Counted from the first letter of the stretch, positions 11,049-23,671 are shown. The stretch is 64,000 nt of DNA from Lingula anatina (GCA_051362555.1 CM120640.1:26460225-26524224); one strand, 5' to 3'. The notes: a model not told the origin generated them from the letters alone. Program-made: numbers and translations.

Positions 11049-11653
11049 GCTTATGGTTTTGACAACGACTGGTCTTACTTCACCATCTAAAAGAGGAAAA
11101 AACCTCATATACTTTCTGCAGGTCAAGTTACATGCACGGATATCAATAGAAATACGAAGACATGACTGGCATTTAAAATTGTTTTACCTGGCAGCTAAAT
11201 AATAGCAGCATCGCAACTGAATATTTGAACATTATTCAAAGAAGGACAATTTTGTCCCATTTAAAGTGAACACTTCAACAGTGTTATTTTAATTAAGCAG
11301 AAATCACAGACATTCACAGCCTGAACAGTTTAATAACATATGAACATTGCCATAAGAGTTATTCCCAGATTTACTTTACAAGAATGTGAAGCTCAAGTAC
11401 TAGTACATAATTTAAGTACTATAGTAGGTGTTCAAAACTTAAAGAAATGTCACGTAATGATGTTTATTTAATAGACAGTATAACTTTATTTAAGAGATAT
11501 TACCTTAATTGGAATGCATTTACTTCTATCAATTTAACCTGTTGCTTTCAGTAAAGTCTAACTTTAAATGTTTATAATGTACTGAACCATGTCAAAATGT
11601 CACGTTACATCAGGCTCTGTTACAGGGTGCCTTATTATTATACACTTAATTGC

Positions 11654-11757
11654 CATTAAAAGAAATACCATAAAAAGATATTAAATTTAACCAAACTTTC
11701 CAGTCATTAAATGAAATACCATAAAAAGATATTAAATTTAATCAAACTTTGCAGTCA
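11654..11757. repeat. 51-bp tandem duplication
   Basis: cattaaa.gaaataccataaaaagatattaaatttaa.caaacttt.cagt twice. Confidence 0.85.
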
Positions 11758-11949
11758 CTTCTTACACAAACCCGGTTCTTTTGAAATCCTTGAACAGAAG
11801 TGTAACCTGTACACTATAAGCTCATTAAAGAATTTTTTAAAATTTAACTTACACATGTATGCACCCGCATGACCCTTACAGAACAAAAAATTTTGTGGCA
11901 GTACTCCGAGAGTATAGCCAGAGAACTCTTCTCACAGGGTATGAGCCAC

Positions 11950-11950
<1 letters not shown>

Positions 11951-11981
<31 letters not shown>

Positions 11982-11990
11982 CATACACAT
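11951..11990. repeat. (GT)n(AT)n microsatellite
   Basis: read directly. Confidence 0.9.
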
Positions 11991-12466
11991 ACTGGATTTG
12001 TGTATTACTCATAGCTCTGTCGATGAAAACACTGATATACTTAATAACAGTGTGAGTTGACGAGATGTGAGGTAAGGTAAAATTTTGAAAGCTCCCACGT
12101 CACAGTGGATGGGCAAACAGGTCATCACTTTACAGTAGAGAGTTTATTTCAGTTGACGGATGGAATATGCTGGTTAGTATTTGGATCCTTTGCTTTCTGA
12201 TCCTTTCATGTACAGCCAGCGGCAGAACATATAAGAAATTGCTAACGCATGAATTTTGTACTACAATTTACGGTATTTATGAGTTGATACCTTTTGGTAT
12301 TTCACTAAATGTCTACGTACATCTAAGGTGTCACCAGGACCGACAAACCAACCAGAATCAGCCGGCTATAGTGATCTATATTTATACAATGTTAGATCTA
12401 ACATGCATGTTACCATTAGCCACATAAAACAAAAACACAAACAAACCATCTGAAAAGTTATGTTAC

Positions 12467-12645
12467 CTCATTATCTAAATTCCCACTTCTTTCCCTAAAA
12501 TTGTAAGTCTACATCACAAAGATGGTTAAGTGGTGTACACATTAAACATCACCCAACGCAATGATAACACTCGGAACTACTCGGATGTCTCCGCACTCGA
12601 CAATAACCTCGGACGTAATACGGAGGCAGCCATATTTGATTGTTG
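12467..12645 (-). other. Probable non-coding first exon of the glycosyltransferase-like gene
   Basis: Minus-strand donor GAG|gtaaca at 12467/12466; YY1-like AAATATGGCTGC at 12637-12626; CpG-rich; 5' end approximate. Confidence 0.45.
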
Positions 12646-13373
12646 ATTGTTGGGAAGGAACTACTTTCAACCTCGCGCTAATTTAAACCTAATTCTTTCA
12701 ACGCCTGTATCTATTTATCTTTTAAATCAAAGTCAATCTTAGTGCATTGTTTGGCAAACTGTAAAGCATCATAAAATTCAGGGGTATTGACAGCCATCCT
12801 TATGAGCGTAATGATCGATTGAGTGAGAAGGCATTTTCGGCGGACAAAATGCATGGATTTGGTGCATATTTCTCCGCCTATCACATCCGAAGGTTGTTCC
12901 GGGAGGTTAGTATGGAGCTTGCGGAATGAGCCGAGGATTGCCGATTAGTCAAATCTCACGAGTGACCTTAGGGGGAAGGTTGAGGAAATGTGACCAGGTT
13001 TGGTGGGTAGTTTAGTAAACACATGCACTTGTAATTATATTGAAACAGTGAAATAGATTACAAGTTAAAGTGTCTATTTACAGAAGATCAGGTAAAATAT
13101 TATTATTTTTTCAACAAAATATTAGATCTACGATTAATTGCAACATCATTTCAGTCAATATTTACGCTGTGTTTCTCTCCGCTGATGCAATTTCTCATCT
13201 CAGGGTGTTGCTGATGTTCAAGTTTACTGCGCGTGTAAGCCCTTGTGAAAATACAAACTGGATACATATCAACAGGAGAATGTGACATTGATTCAGCCGC
13301 GCTGCTGTTGTAAAGTTGGAACGCTTTCTTTAAGTGCAGACAAATAAAAAACGCAGACGCTGCAAGAACTACT
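12540..13373. promoter_or_regulatory. CpG-rich divergent promoter region shared by the GT-like gene (-) and FANK1 (+)
   Basis: Local CpG enrichment between two CpG-poor gene bodies; first exons diverge within <1 kb. Confidence 0.6.
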
Positions 13374-13383
13374 ATGTCTGGTG
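13374..13383 (+). CDS. FANK1: FANK1 first coding exon (MSG+)
   Basis: actATGTCTGGTG|gtgagt; phase 1 matches the next exon (G|AA = Glu). Confidence 0.75.
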
Positions 13384-16300
13384 GTGAGTCGAAGTTTTTT
13401 CAAGGGTTTGTGGGCGGACTGAATCACAGTTAGATCTACGATTTTTGTCAATGTGTTTGATGTTTTCAATTGCATTTTCACGCATTTTAGTTGAGGAATT
13501 TCCAGTACAATCAAATCATGTACTTTTTGTGTGAAATTGGGCAGAGCTCAGAGTCTTTTCTATAATGATATCTTAATTTGTTATTTCCTAGCCCTATATG
13601 TTATTTATGCTGTTTCCATACAAGCTTTTTCATGCAACTTGACAACATGTGCCATGCCAACAGGTACACTTGCCAAAATAGATACGTTTGGTCTCAGTTT
13701 TCAGCCTCATATGCTACGAAGTTATGGCTTTATAACACTGTATAACATTGTATAAACAACCATATGTGAAGTCACTTAGTACTGCCAGTAAAACGCTGTC
13801 AAACTGATGTGTGAAGTGATACAAAATACTTTCTTTGAACAATATACTACATGGTGTGAGAGAGGACATACTGTACAGCTTTTGCTAGCTTGAAATTCAT
13901 GTGTTAGTACTCATATAGATTATTTTTTATAGGTACACTGTGCTAACGCATGAAAGGAAAGGCCTCAAAAGGTGTAAAATGAGCAGTTTGCGCATCCACC
14001 ACAATGCGAGGGCTCTAAAATTTGTCTTTTCTCTCATGTCCTCAAAATTATATTCCTTACATTATCTTGTATCTAAAATTTGTCTTTTGACCTTCAAATT
14101 ATCATTTCTGTATCCCTTTTGAAAATAATTTTTTCAAAGGGATGGTTTATTTTGGAGAGCATTGTTAGCCCCTACTCTAAACTTTTGACGAAGAGGCTGC
14201 AATCAAATTATGTGAACATATATAACATAATTTTTAAAAATTGTTTCATAACAGTTTTTAATAACATTTTTAGACAATATTAAAAATTTTCACAATATTT
14301 TTTTAAAGAAAAGAGCAATGGTTCACCGAACTGTTTTCTTTGTCTCAATTATGTGATGCATCTTTTCAGTTAAAGATGAATTTCTTCTTACCCCCCCCCC
14401 CTTGACTTTCAGAGCATTGTGTATCATAGGCTGTATTCCCAGAGATTTAGATCAATCCAGAGATTAAGATTTAGATCGACCTAACTCCCTGGGGAGGCAC
14501 CCTAGCGCGCACCATAGTTAACTACCCCCTTAGAGCTATTAGTAGGCAGGGCAGACGCTTAAGCCAGCTAAGCTGACAGTAATTTAGTGAGACTCCCCAC
14601 AGGGATAGATCGATCTAAAATCTATGGAAATGGGGTCATAGTCTCAATGTAATTAAATTTGTTTTGTTTTTTGGCCATTTTTAGGTCAGAGGAGTTTGAG
14701 AAACAATTTCTTGAGAAAAGAAACTGTCTTAGCCATTGTTATCTCCGCCAAGGAGGTTATGTTTTCACCCCTGTTTGTCTGTTTGTTTGTTTGTTTGTCA
14801 TGAACATAACTCAAAAAGTTATGGACCGATTTTGATAATTTTTCAGGAACTGTCAGAAGTGGGCCAAGGAAGAGATGATTAGTTTTTGGTGGTGATCCGG
14901 ATCAATAATCAATCAATAAACAATAATAATCATTTTTAATTATATAAACTCCTGCCATGTTCCATCATTTCTCTTTCACAGAATTGTCCAGGCCAGCTCC
15001 TCCAGTGGTGGGGAAGGTGACCCATTTCAGTGTGGAGCTATACTGGGATGAAGCTCTGGCCAAGGCCAAAGAAGAGACAGGAGAAAAAGGAGGAAGAATC
15101 AGAGTTAGTGTACAAGAACAAGACAAAAAATCAAATTCCTGGGGGAATGTTTACACGTAAGTTTTCATTTGACAAAGCAACTAGCTCTATGTTCTTGGTC
15201 TACCTAACCTATCAGTTTTATTTTGTGTTTTGTACTAGGATATGTACTAGTACTTGCTTATATTGATAGAAATTTTAGCTAAGCTCGTTAGTCTGATTGA
15301 TTTTGGTTAAGGTGTCTGTTGTCAGGCACTCCAGCCATTGATAATGGCTGTGTGTACTAGTAAGGATATTGTTTGATTTATAGATAAGAAATGAAGTTTT
15401 ACACAAAGCATTATGCCCTGTGAAAAAGAACTTTTGTAATGTACTCTCAATAAACAAGTTTTTTTTTCCAAAGAAAATTTATGCACAAATACACATACAC
15501 ACATACTTAATGTACTAGTAAAAGGAACATTCCTCTATGGAGAGTGGTAAATAAGCATGGCGTTTCAGAATTCATATATTTAAAATCTTAATATATATCT
15601 TATATTGAGAGTTTGAAGGGATTGAAACTAATCCCACATTGAGTTGACAACACCTATTTGTTGATTCATAAAGGAACAAGAAATAAATGCATTTCCATTG
15701 TATCTAATAAGCTTTTCAAATATAATATATGACATGTAAATCTTATTTAGAAGCACCAGATGACCCTCAGTTTTACCCAATATTGTTAAACTGCCAAATT
15801 GGTGTTGATATATCTTACACATGTGAAGACTTGTTGATTAAAATAAGTGTATTTTTCCATGTAAATATTGGTAATGAAAACAGAACTTTGTAGAGTTCTT
15901 AGCTACTAATAAAAAGCTTAATTTTCATATGATTTCTTGGTTAGAAGAGAAGAGCTTAATGTCTCTTGCAATGCAAATTCTGTTCAGGCCAATTAAATAT
16001 GTGTAAAAGAGGGCCTTGCATTAGTGCGAGGGTGTTTGTGGTGTTAAAAGCTAGGTTTTATGAATAGTCTTTACAAGTTGTCAAAGGTTGTAATGTTTGC
16101 CGTAGTGCTTAATGTCACATCATTTAAATATCAAAGTCACGTAACCTCCTTTGCAAGTTCCCAGTTTTTGACATATGTTATTAAGCCCCTGCTCACGTCA
16201 CGGTCAAGTAGAGAGACATTCTGTACTGATTCACTTTGAAATTCTAACATGTAATTGCATTACAGGGGGTGTTACACCCATTCACAATTTCTCCAAATGT

Positions 16301-19300
16301 TCACCTCCTTACATTAAAGGGATAATAACTCTTCGTTTTGGCCAAAAGATGAATTTTCCTGGAGTAAACAACAATTTTCCCATACTTATCAATGGTTAAT
16401 GAATCCATTTTTACATTCAAAGTTAGTCCCTGGTTTTTTTCTAAAAAGTTTGGTTTTTTGTTAAAACCTCTTAAGAGATTTTAACAGAGTATAGCCATCA
16501 ATGGAGGTCACGTGGTCTAAAGACAAGCTCAGATATCAGAATGATAGCTATAACTGCCGTTTTTGTGGTAAAACAGAATATATTATATTTCTATGAGTTA
16601 TTCACAATGTTTTTATTGTGAAATATAGATATCATATGAAGAGTTATTATCCCTTTAAGTTTTAAGTTACTTGTCTAGCTGTGCCAGAGAGAGCATTCAA
16701 AATAAGTTGATCAGCGAACTAACAAATCCGTGGACTAAATATGGCCGGCTCACTTAAAAGCAGTGCCGACTAATCTCCTGATTCTCCCCACCTCCACACG
16801 CCATCACTGCAGGGGCCTTGTAACCTTGGAGCCGAAGATTCTCCCCGCCTCCACACGCCATCACTGCAGGGGCCTTGTAACCTTGGAGCCGAAATTTCAT
16901 CCATTTAATGGCAGGCGTGGAAGTGGAGAGACCATTAGCAGCGCTCAGTGGGGTTGGCCATATTTATTTAGCGGATCAGTTCATGACCTGATCAACTGTT
17001 CTGAATAGGCTCAAACAGGAAGGCCCAATATCCTTGTAGTACTAACATTCCTCCATGGAATAGGCAGGCTATTTAGTTGTCAATCTGTCAAAGTGTACTG
17101 GTACAGACTGTATCACATACGTAAGCATGCTGCACAATGGGAAAATGGCCTAAGTCTTATGCTTGAAATTGACCAATAATTGTTCTTCATATTCTGTCCC
17201 TTTGGGGATTACAGCCTCATCAAAGACGGCAGTTTGTCCAGGTATTTTCTGGAAGCTGAGCACACAAAAGTTTATTACCCCTCACTGCTGGGAAGCATGC
17301 AAGGAGGCATGGTAGTCTGTCAGTCTGATTTCAGTCAGCAAATATAATAGTCCCCATGGAGCACAGTCAACCTAGCTAGGTCGATGTAGCGCATTCTGAA
17401 CAGCCCCTAAATCTGAAATCTGATTTATATTTGACTTTTTCTTTTCTGTTATTTTCCTGAGCAAGTCATCTAATATTTAACTTCCAGACCTCTTCCTCTT
17501 ATGCAAACACTCAGATTTGAGCTCCATTACCCAAGATAAGAATTATGTGCATATGCCAAATTTGTTTTTCTGGCAGGGGTGCTTTTCTTGTCCAAACTAA
17601 GACCCTTTCTTTGCTGCTGTATGTATAGAAATTAGTAGGCATAGGTATTATTTTTGGTTAACAATAACAAAAACAGGTACTGGTCAGTTAGAGATATTAT
17701 ACCAGAAACCTAAAAAGGGATTAGAGATATAATACAAAGGTCATCAGTTTCTGTAGGAAATACATAATGAAGCATCTTACAAAATGTATAGTAATTTGAT
17801 AGAACTTTGAACAAAAAGCAATTTTTCAGAATTAAAAGAAATCTCAAAACCAGAAATAAGATAAATGCTGAATTTTCCATTGAGATTAAAATAGCCATAT
17901 TCAGACAACCATATAGCCCTGTTTGTTGTATTCACATTTCTTAACTTCAGGTATGATGGGAAAGATGTGTAGTGTAGCTTTAAAAATATTGTAAAGAAGC
18001 TTTACTTTCGATAACAACCAAGTGCTATTCGGCACCTGTTAAAAAGCCACTGAATGCCTCTTTGACCAGGATCAATTATGAAAACAGCAAGGCATGGTGC
18101 CCCTTAATTAATGCGTCACAGGTAAATATGGTTAAGTAGGAGAAATATTGAATTTATTTTCTGATAGGATATTTGCTTAGTGGAAGTTTAACATGTGTTA
18201 TGTTATGTAAATTGAATGGCTCCTTTTCTTTTTTTAGAAGAATAAACCTGAAAAGAGTGGTATACTATGGTTATTATCATTCATCCAGAACTTTGCCTCT
18301 TCTGAAAACAGTTTTTCAGAAGGGGGGAAAACACACAAGTTTGGATTAATATACCCTCTTATTGTTGAAGGTTCAAACTGCATCTTATAGCTGCCTTAAC
18401 TTGAGTTAGTTACAACACTGTGCTTAACCTAAATGGAAATAAAGATTCTGCAATTTGTTTTTACTTAAGCCAAATATTTTTTAATTATCTTATGCAATAA
18501 CATTGTATTTGTTGAGATTTAAGTTTGTTAAGATGTTTTGTTGTCTTGCATCTGTGAAGTTAAAGGAGTCCAGCAAAACGCAACATATATCAAATAGATT
18601 CTTAGTATGTGGACCATGTGGTGTAAATACCTTGCACAGGTTTGTGCTCATTCTTTCAAATACAGAGTAGTCCAATTGATTCAGCCAGTTCAGATATAAA
18701 AGATATTGTCATCTACAGATGTAGCAAGCACCTGTATCTAACCTTTTTTTTTTTTTTTTTTTTTTTTTGTCAAAGGGTTGATATGATTGCATGTTGTCTT
18801 ATCCATAGCAATATTAAAGTAAGCATATTGTGATGAAAGTAACTTGGTTATTTTCCTGTAATTTTCTTTCCAGAGGTTATTCCAAGAGTCATGTGATTGA
18901 ATCCCTGGACGAACTTACACAGTACAAGTATAGGCTTAGGTTCCAGAATGATGATGGGCCTTCAGAATGGAGTGCTGTTACCACAGTGTGCACCACAAGT
19001 AAGTCTGGGGGTATCAGTTTTGTACAGTAAATAAGTCCAGGAGTGTTTAGAACACAAAATAGTTCATGTGTTACCACAAGTAAGTTGCAGTGTACATCAC
19101 AATTAAATGAATGTGTGCATACCATAAAATTTACTTGACAACACAATGTTTCTCGAAAGAAAGGCATAATATGTACATCAAGAAATTGCTTAGTGTACAA
19201 GAAGAAATCAATTTGTATAGCATTAGAAGTCAAATTATGCACCACAAGTCACAGTGTCATAGTAAAGCCACTCAGAAAAAAATTGACTGAAACATTGCTA

Positions 19301-21161
19301 AAATGAATAAGTTACAAACTATGTAATTAAGTGTTCCATTGTGTTTTAGTTGGTGTGGCTTCATAATCACAAGTTTGAAGTCACCATTGGAATTATGCAT
19401 TTAGGAATTTTACTGTTGGCCGAGTTCATTCCAATTGATTGTCAGTTTGATATACCAGCATCTTTAAACATTAACAGAGTGTTTGTGCAGGGAATCAGAG
19501 ATGTTATTATGTGATGTATATGTGTCTTGGTATTGAGTTCCTTTAACTTGAGTTAGCAAAATATTTATTTACATCACAAAGAGAAGCCAAAAATCAAACT
19601 CAGATTGGCATCTTGATGCATAATGCCTTGCATCATCTTTCTTGGATATATTGACTAAAGATATCAGATTTATTGGGAACTTTTGTAGTAGAAATAATGT
19701 CAAGTTCATTGGTTGTTTGGTTGGAAAACAAATATGGACATCCCTAACAGAAAGCCAGGCCTGAAAATAGCTTAACGCATAAGCTTGCCCTCGTATAACA
19801 CGACAGTTTTCCTAAAAATGGCTCACCACACAAACGTGCCCACATATTCTTTTGACAGTTTTTTTAAAAATGGCTCACTACACAGGCATGCTCGTGTATT
19901 ATTTTACAGTTTTTCTTGAAAATGGCCCACTGCACAAGTATGCCCGCATATGAATAGGTAGTTTTCTTTTGATGAAAAAGAGATTTGTCACTTCAGTCAA
20001 CTGCTATCTATATACTGTCTACTGTATTTTTATATAGATATACTCAGTCAGATAACCAATAATTAAAAAAAAAGAAAATGTTTACTTTAAAAAGTTGCCT
20101 GGTCGATTTGGTATAAACAATAAAATGAACAGTGAATAAGAAGAATTTCATTGAAAGTTCAGTTGCAATAAGTTCTTTGTCTTATTGGGTCCCTTATGTG
20201 TTTGAGTGGGAAAATGAGCAACTCAAGTGGACTTCTATTTGATGCAAACATAAAAATCTTTTTCATTTTGTAATTGACATGAATAAGTGGTAAATACAAG
20301 CAAAGTTGTTATTTATTATGTTCAGCTAAAAAAAACACCCATTTGATTAAGTCCAATAGTGATTATGTGCATTGGTTTGATTTTTGCCTTTTACCTTCCA
20401 ACTAGTTGATCACCTTACTTTACCATCATATAATATATATGGAATAAGATGGAGCTTTGAAATTGGAAAAATTGGAGAGAGAACTGATGTTAACCATAAC
20501 TGCAACAATAAAAACAGCTGTGAATACAGATAGCATATCTTTATATTCAGAGTTTGCAAATCCTTGCCAAACCATCTAGTTTATAAATGGATGAATTAAT
20601 ATTAATTACATTGATTACCTCAATCAATGGGTGTGAAAAAAACAAACTGATGTTTCATGTTGTAGCTGCAAGTTGATAAGAGTTCTTATGGATTATTTAA
20701 CAATATACCTCTTGTGTTGTACCAGGGGAACCTTTGACTGGGGACCACCTACATAGGGCAGTCAATGCAAATAATCTGGAGGAAGTTGAACGGATTCTGC
20801 ACACAGGGTAAAGTATTGATAGGAGAAATCAAAGACAATGACTTAAATTGAAAATCTGTACAACCATTCTACAGAATGTTTTACTTTCACATAGTACATG
20901 CATGTCTTAATCAAGTTTTTTTTTAATGAAGAGATTTTGTGAGCGATATGGTTAAGCATAGATATTTTGTTGCTAGACTGTTGTACATTATTAATTGTTC
21001 TACACAGTTATAAAAACCCAAATATATTGTTGTTTAGTAGTTTATGTACAGCAGGACAGGCTTATTAGACATCTATGCATTTTTATGAAAAAAACAACAT
21101 TATATTTATCTTAATGTTCATTGTAATTGTTATTTATATTATTTATTTTCATTGTATAACT

Positions 21162-21205
<44 letters not shown>

Positions 21206-23671
21206 AGTATATTGCAATGTAACTCACCTTTTCATTGTTTAGTTTTAGTGGCATGAACTATTTATCTTATTCCAGAGAGGTAAAAGCTGAGATTCCAGAC
21301 AAGTATGGCTTCACTCCGCTCATGCAAGCTGCAACCAAAGGTTATTTAGAGTAAGAACACTCCAGCTTTAATTTTTTTCAATTTGATATTGTAACTTGTA
21401 TCGTGTCAAAATCATGACTTATATCAAGATAGAATTTGATAAGCAAACAGTAATTCAAGGAATATCTGATTCTAAATTGATAGCCAGTTAAATATTTTTA
21501 TATTATTACACTTTGTCTAGCCAAATAAATAAATAAAAAAGATTTATCAATATCATTTTCTTCTGTTAGAGTTGTTTCCACAAAATTTCTCATAAGATCT
21601 TCCTCTGTTATTTCAGTATTTTAAGAACATTGATTGAAAATGGTGCCGACGTCAACTTCGCAAATGAGTCGAAAAAAACTGCGTAGGTATTGGTGATTAC
21701 AAAAGTGACATTTGTAGCTGAGAAGCCATTTGAGCATGAAAGCAACCTAATGCATCACCGCAAATTCATCTCAGCTCTTTTTTGAAATTGATTTTTGCAC
21801 AAATGATTTCGCTTCCATCACAGGATGACGTAAAATGTCAAGTTGGTAATCGCTCTGGATTATATTGCACCAAAGATAAAAGGTATGCTGATGCTAAAAC
21901 CATTGTAACTGAAAGCACATGTAATAGCTCTGCCAGTAACTTAGATGGCAGGATTTCCTGTGCAGATCCTCCCAAGTGGCACTGAATTCTTAAGCCACAT
22001 CAAGTTGGTAGCTAGGAAATAATACTGCTAGGATTGAAAGGGTATCATGAGAAGGGATCTGTAGGAAGCTAGGTCATTCTTCATGCAATCTGTGGCTGTT
22101 GATGGAGGTGATATAAAGTGACATTTTAATTCATAGGTCAAACTGAGGTTGGTGTTGTTTGCAATGCATGTGAATACGCTCTCTGTTTTCTCAAATAAAC
22201 TTACCGTGTAACATGTGCAGGTAAAAATCTGAAAATTACTCCACCTATCTGATGGAACAAGAAAAGAAAAGGACTCAAAAGAACTGCAGTGGTTCAAATT
22301 ACAGACTAAAAAGTATTCCCCTTTTTTTTTTCACATTTTATTTGATCACAGAAATTGATCACAAGAGTTTTGACTTTTTTTGCTTAAAACTCATAAGTGT
22401 AAGTTGAATTTCTTACTTAATATTATATGTTTTAGAAAATTGCCTGTTCATTAATTACTTTCAGACTGATGATGGCCTGTTTTTCTGGCAATCTCCCTGA
22501 GGCCCAGGAACTTAGAAAGCATGGTGCTGACTACAATGCACGAGACAAGGGGGGTTCAATGCCCATACATTGGGCTGTAGATGGTGGAGACCCAAACCTT
22601 CTGGAGTGGATTATACAAGATGGTGCAGATGTCAACTCAAAAGATTCGCACTCACATTGGACACCATTGATTCGAGCTGGTAATATCAAAATGAGGCCAT
22701 CAGATAAATGAAGAGCTAGTTCTATACAAAATGTGAAAAGGTCATCAGTTTATCGTTAGTTTGAACCAAAAGGATTTTCAAACTTCCAATTTATGATGTT
22801 GATTCATGCTTTCATGTTGATAGTACCTGTACTCACTTCTTGTCATTAAAATATCGCTGGTTGACTTTGTAACAGTGGTTTTTACAAAAAAAAGTCATGA
22901 TTGTAATGTTTTCATTTTCTAGCCACTATTGGTGGAAATGTGAAAATTGCTGAAGTTTTGATAAAGCACGGAGCCAATGTCAACATGCATGATAAGGATG
23001 GAAAAACAGCACTAATGTCAGCAGTCATAAATGGGTATCAGGAATTAGTGCTTCTTTTACTGAAAGAAAATGCAGATGTATCTGTAAAGAATGAGGTACT
23101 TGACATTCCCTGTTTAGTTTTACAATTTGTTATAGATATTTGTGAAATATTTGATAAGATTCAAAAATGAAGACTTAATAAGCTATGTTTCATTTATGAT
23201 CAAAAATAAATTGAATAAAAAGAATAGATATTAATCTGTTCTTGAAGTAATTAAGCATACTTCATGCAATTGTTTCATCCTTGGGTTAAAAACCATTTTT
23301 GAAGCTTTTGTTTTTCTTTTTCCAGTATGGAAAGAATGTGTATGAAATGGCAGTTTCAATGGATAAGAGGGTAGGTGAAAATTCTCATATCCTTTAGAAC
23401 AAATAGTTATTAGTTCATGTAAATTGCAATATGTATAATGTTTCCTTGTAGTTCAGTAGCTTGCATTTGGCATCCTTGCTTGATATATGGAATTATACCA
23501 TCTTGATATTCTGAATAATTTTATTTTAAAAATTTTTAATTCATTTAATGTGAGAGAGATTGATTTTTTAACATAGATTAATGATTTTATATTGATTCCT
23601 TACAGAAAGTGATCAAGGTCCTGGAGGATCATATGTCCAAGACTGGCATAAAAATTGGACAAAAATTCTGA
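13374..23671 (+). CDS. FANK1: Fibronectin type III and ankyrin repeat domain-containing protein 1 (343 aa, complete)
   Basis: join(13374-13383,14982-15156,18874-18998,20726-20807,21276-21350,21617-21682,22465-22679,22923-23095,23326-23370,23606-23671) = 1032 nt, all GT-AG and phase-compatible. MSGELSRPAPPVVGKVTHFSVELYW (FN3) then ankyrin repeats (HLHRAV, GFTPLMQAA, TALMMAC, PIHWAVDGG, WTPLIRA, GKTALMSAV), colinear with vertebrate FANK1. Confidence 0.95.
14429..14637. mobile_element. MITE family A copy
   Basis: ata|ggctgtattccc ... ggaaatggggtc|ata: 3-bp TSD, shared core. Confidence 0.88.
14739..14903 (+). mobile_element. Truncated Helentron-associated (DINE-1/HINE-like) non-autonomous element
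   Basis: ttatCTCCgccaaGGAGgttatgttttcaccc 5' end, (GTYT)n microsatellite, ataactcaaaaagttatg..cgatttt core, ggtggtgatccggatc; matches the remembered layout of a widespread animal repeat. Confidence 0.7.
14982..15156 (+). CDS. FANK1: FANK1 exon 2 (FN3 N-half)
   Basis: tcacag| ... |gtaagt; PPVVGKVTHFSVELYW. Confidence 0.95.
16318..16654. mobile_element. Family B copy (Kolobok-like)
   Basis: ttaa|AGGGATAATAACTCTTC ... GAAGAGTTATTATCCCT|ttaa: perfect 17-bp TIR, TTAA TSD, purine-purine termini. Confidence 0.9.
16689..17012. mobile_element. Degenerate MITE related to the 55009 element, with an internal 57-bp tandem duplication
   Basis: Imperfect TIRs gagagcattcaaaataagttgatcag..taaatatggcc / ggccatattta..ctgatcaactgttctgaataggctc; 57-bp unit at 16780-16836 and 16837-16893. 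Confidence 0.72.
18874..18998 (+). CDS. FANK1: FANK1 exon 3 (FN3 C-half)
   Basis: ttccag| ... |gtaagt; GYSKSHVIESLDELTQYKYRLRF..GPSEWS. Confidence 0.95.
19787..19965. repeat. Diverged ~52-bp minisatellite, ~3.5 units
   Basis: Recurrent acagtttt..aaaatggc.cac..caca...tgc.c. Confidence 0.75.
20726..20807 (+). CDS. FANK1: FANK1 exon 4
   Basis: taccag| ... |gtaaag; EPLTGDHLHRAVNANNLEEVERILHTG. Confidence 0.92.
21161..21202. repeat. (TG)n microsatellite
   Basis: read directly. Confidence 0.95.
21276..21350 (+). CDS. FANK1: FANK1 exon 5
   Basis: ttccag| ... |gtaaga; IPDKYGFTPLMQAATKGY. Confidence 0.93.
21617..21682 (+). CDS. FANK1: FANK1 exon 6
   Basis: tttcag| ... |gtaggt; ILRTLIENGADVNFANESKKTA. 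Confidence 0.93.
22465..22679 (+). CDS. FANK1: FANK1 exon 7
   Basis: tttcag| ... |gtaata; LMMACFSG..HWAVDGG..WTPLIRA. Confidence 0.95.
22923..23095 (+). CDS. FANK1: FANK1 exon 8
   Basis: ttctag| ... |gtactt; GANVNMHDKDGKTALMSAVING. Confidence 0.95.
23326..23370 (+). CDS. FANK1: FANK1 exon 9
   Basis: ttccag| ... |gtaggt; YGKNVYEMAVSMDKR. Confidence 0.9.
23606..23671 (+). CDS. FANK1: FANK1 last coding exon
   Basis: ttacag| KVIKVLEDHMSKTGIKIGQKF* TGA. Confidence 0.85.
   Translation, partial: KVIKVLEDHMSKTGIKIGQKF

Noticed and set aside
11049-11126. N-terminal extension MTCRKYMRFFPLLDGE.. of the 591-aa ORF
   Set aside because: Starts at a non-ATG codon and crosses a strong splice acceptor at 11087/11086; the signal-anchor Met at 11048 is the plausible start.
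12849-12997. Several ATG-plus-donor candidates for the FANK1 first exon
   Set aside because: They give phase 0 or 2 or hit stops; exon 2 needs phase 1, which ATGTCTGGTG|gtgagt at 13374 provides.
16780-19965. Short direct repeats as a CRISPR-like array
   Set aside because: Units are adjacent without unique spacers; eukaryotic intron context, no cas genes.
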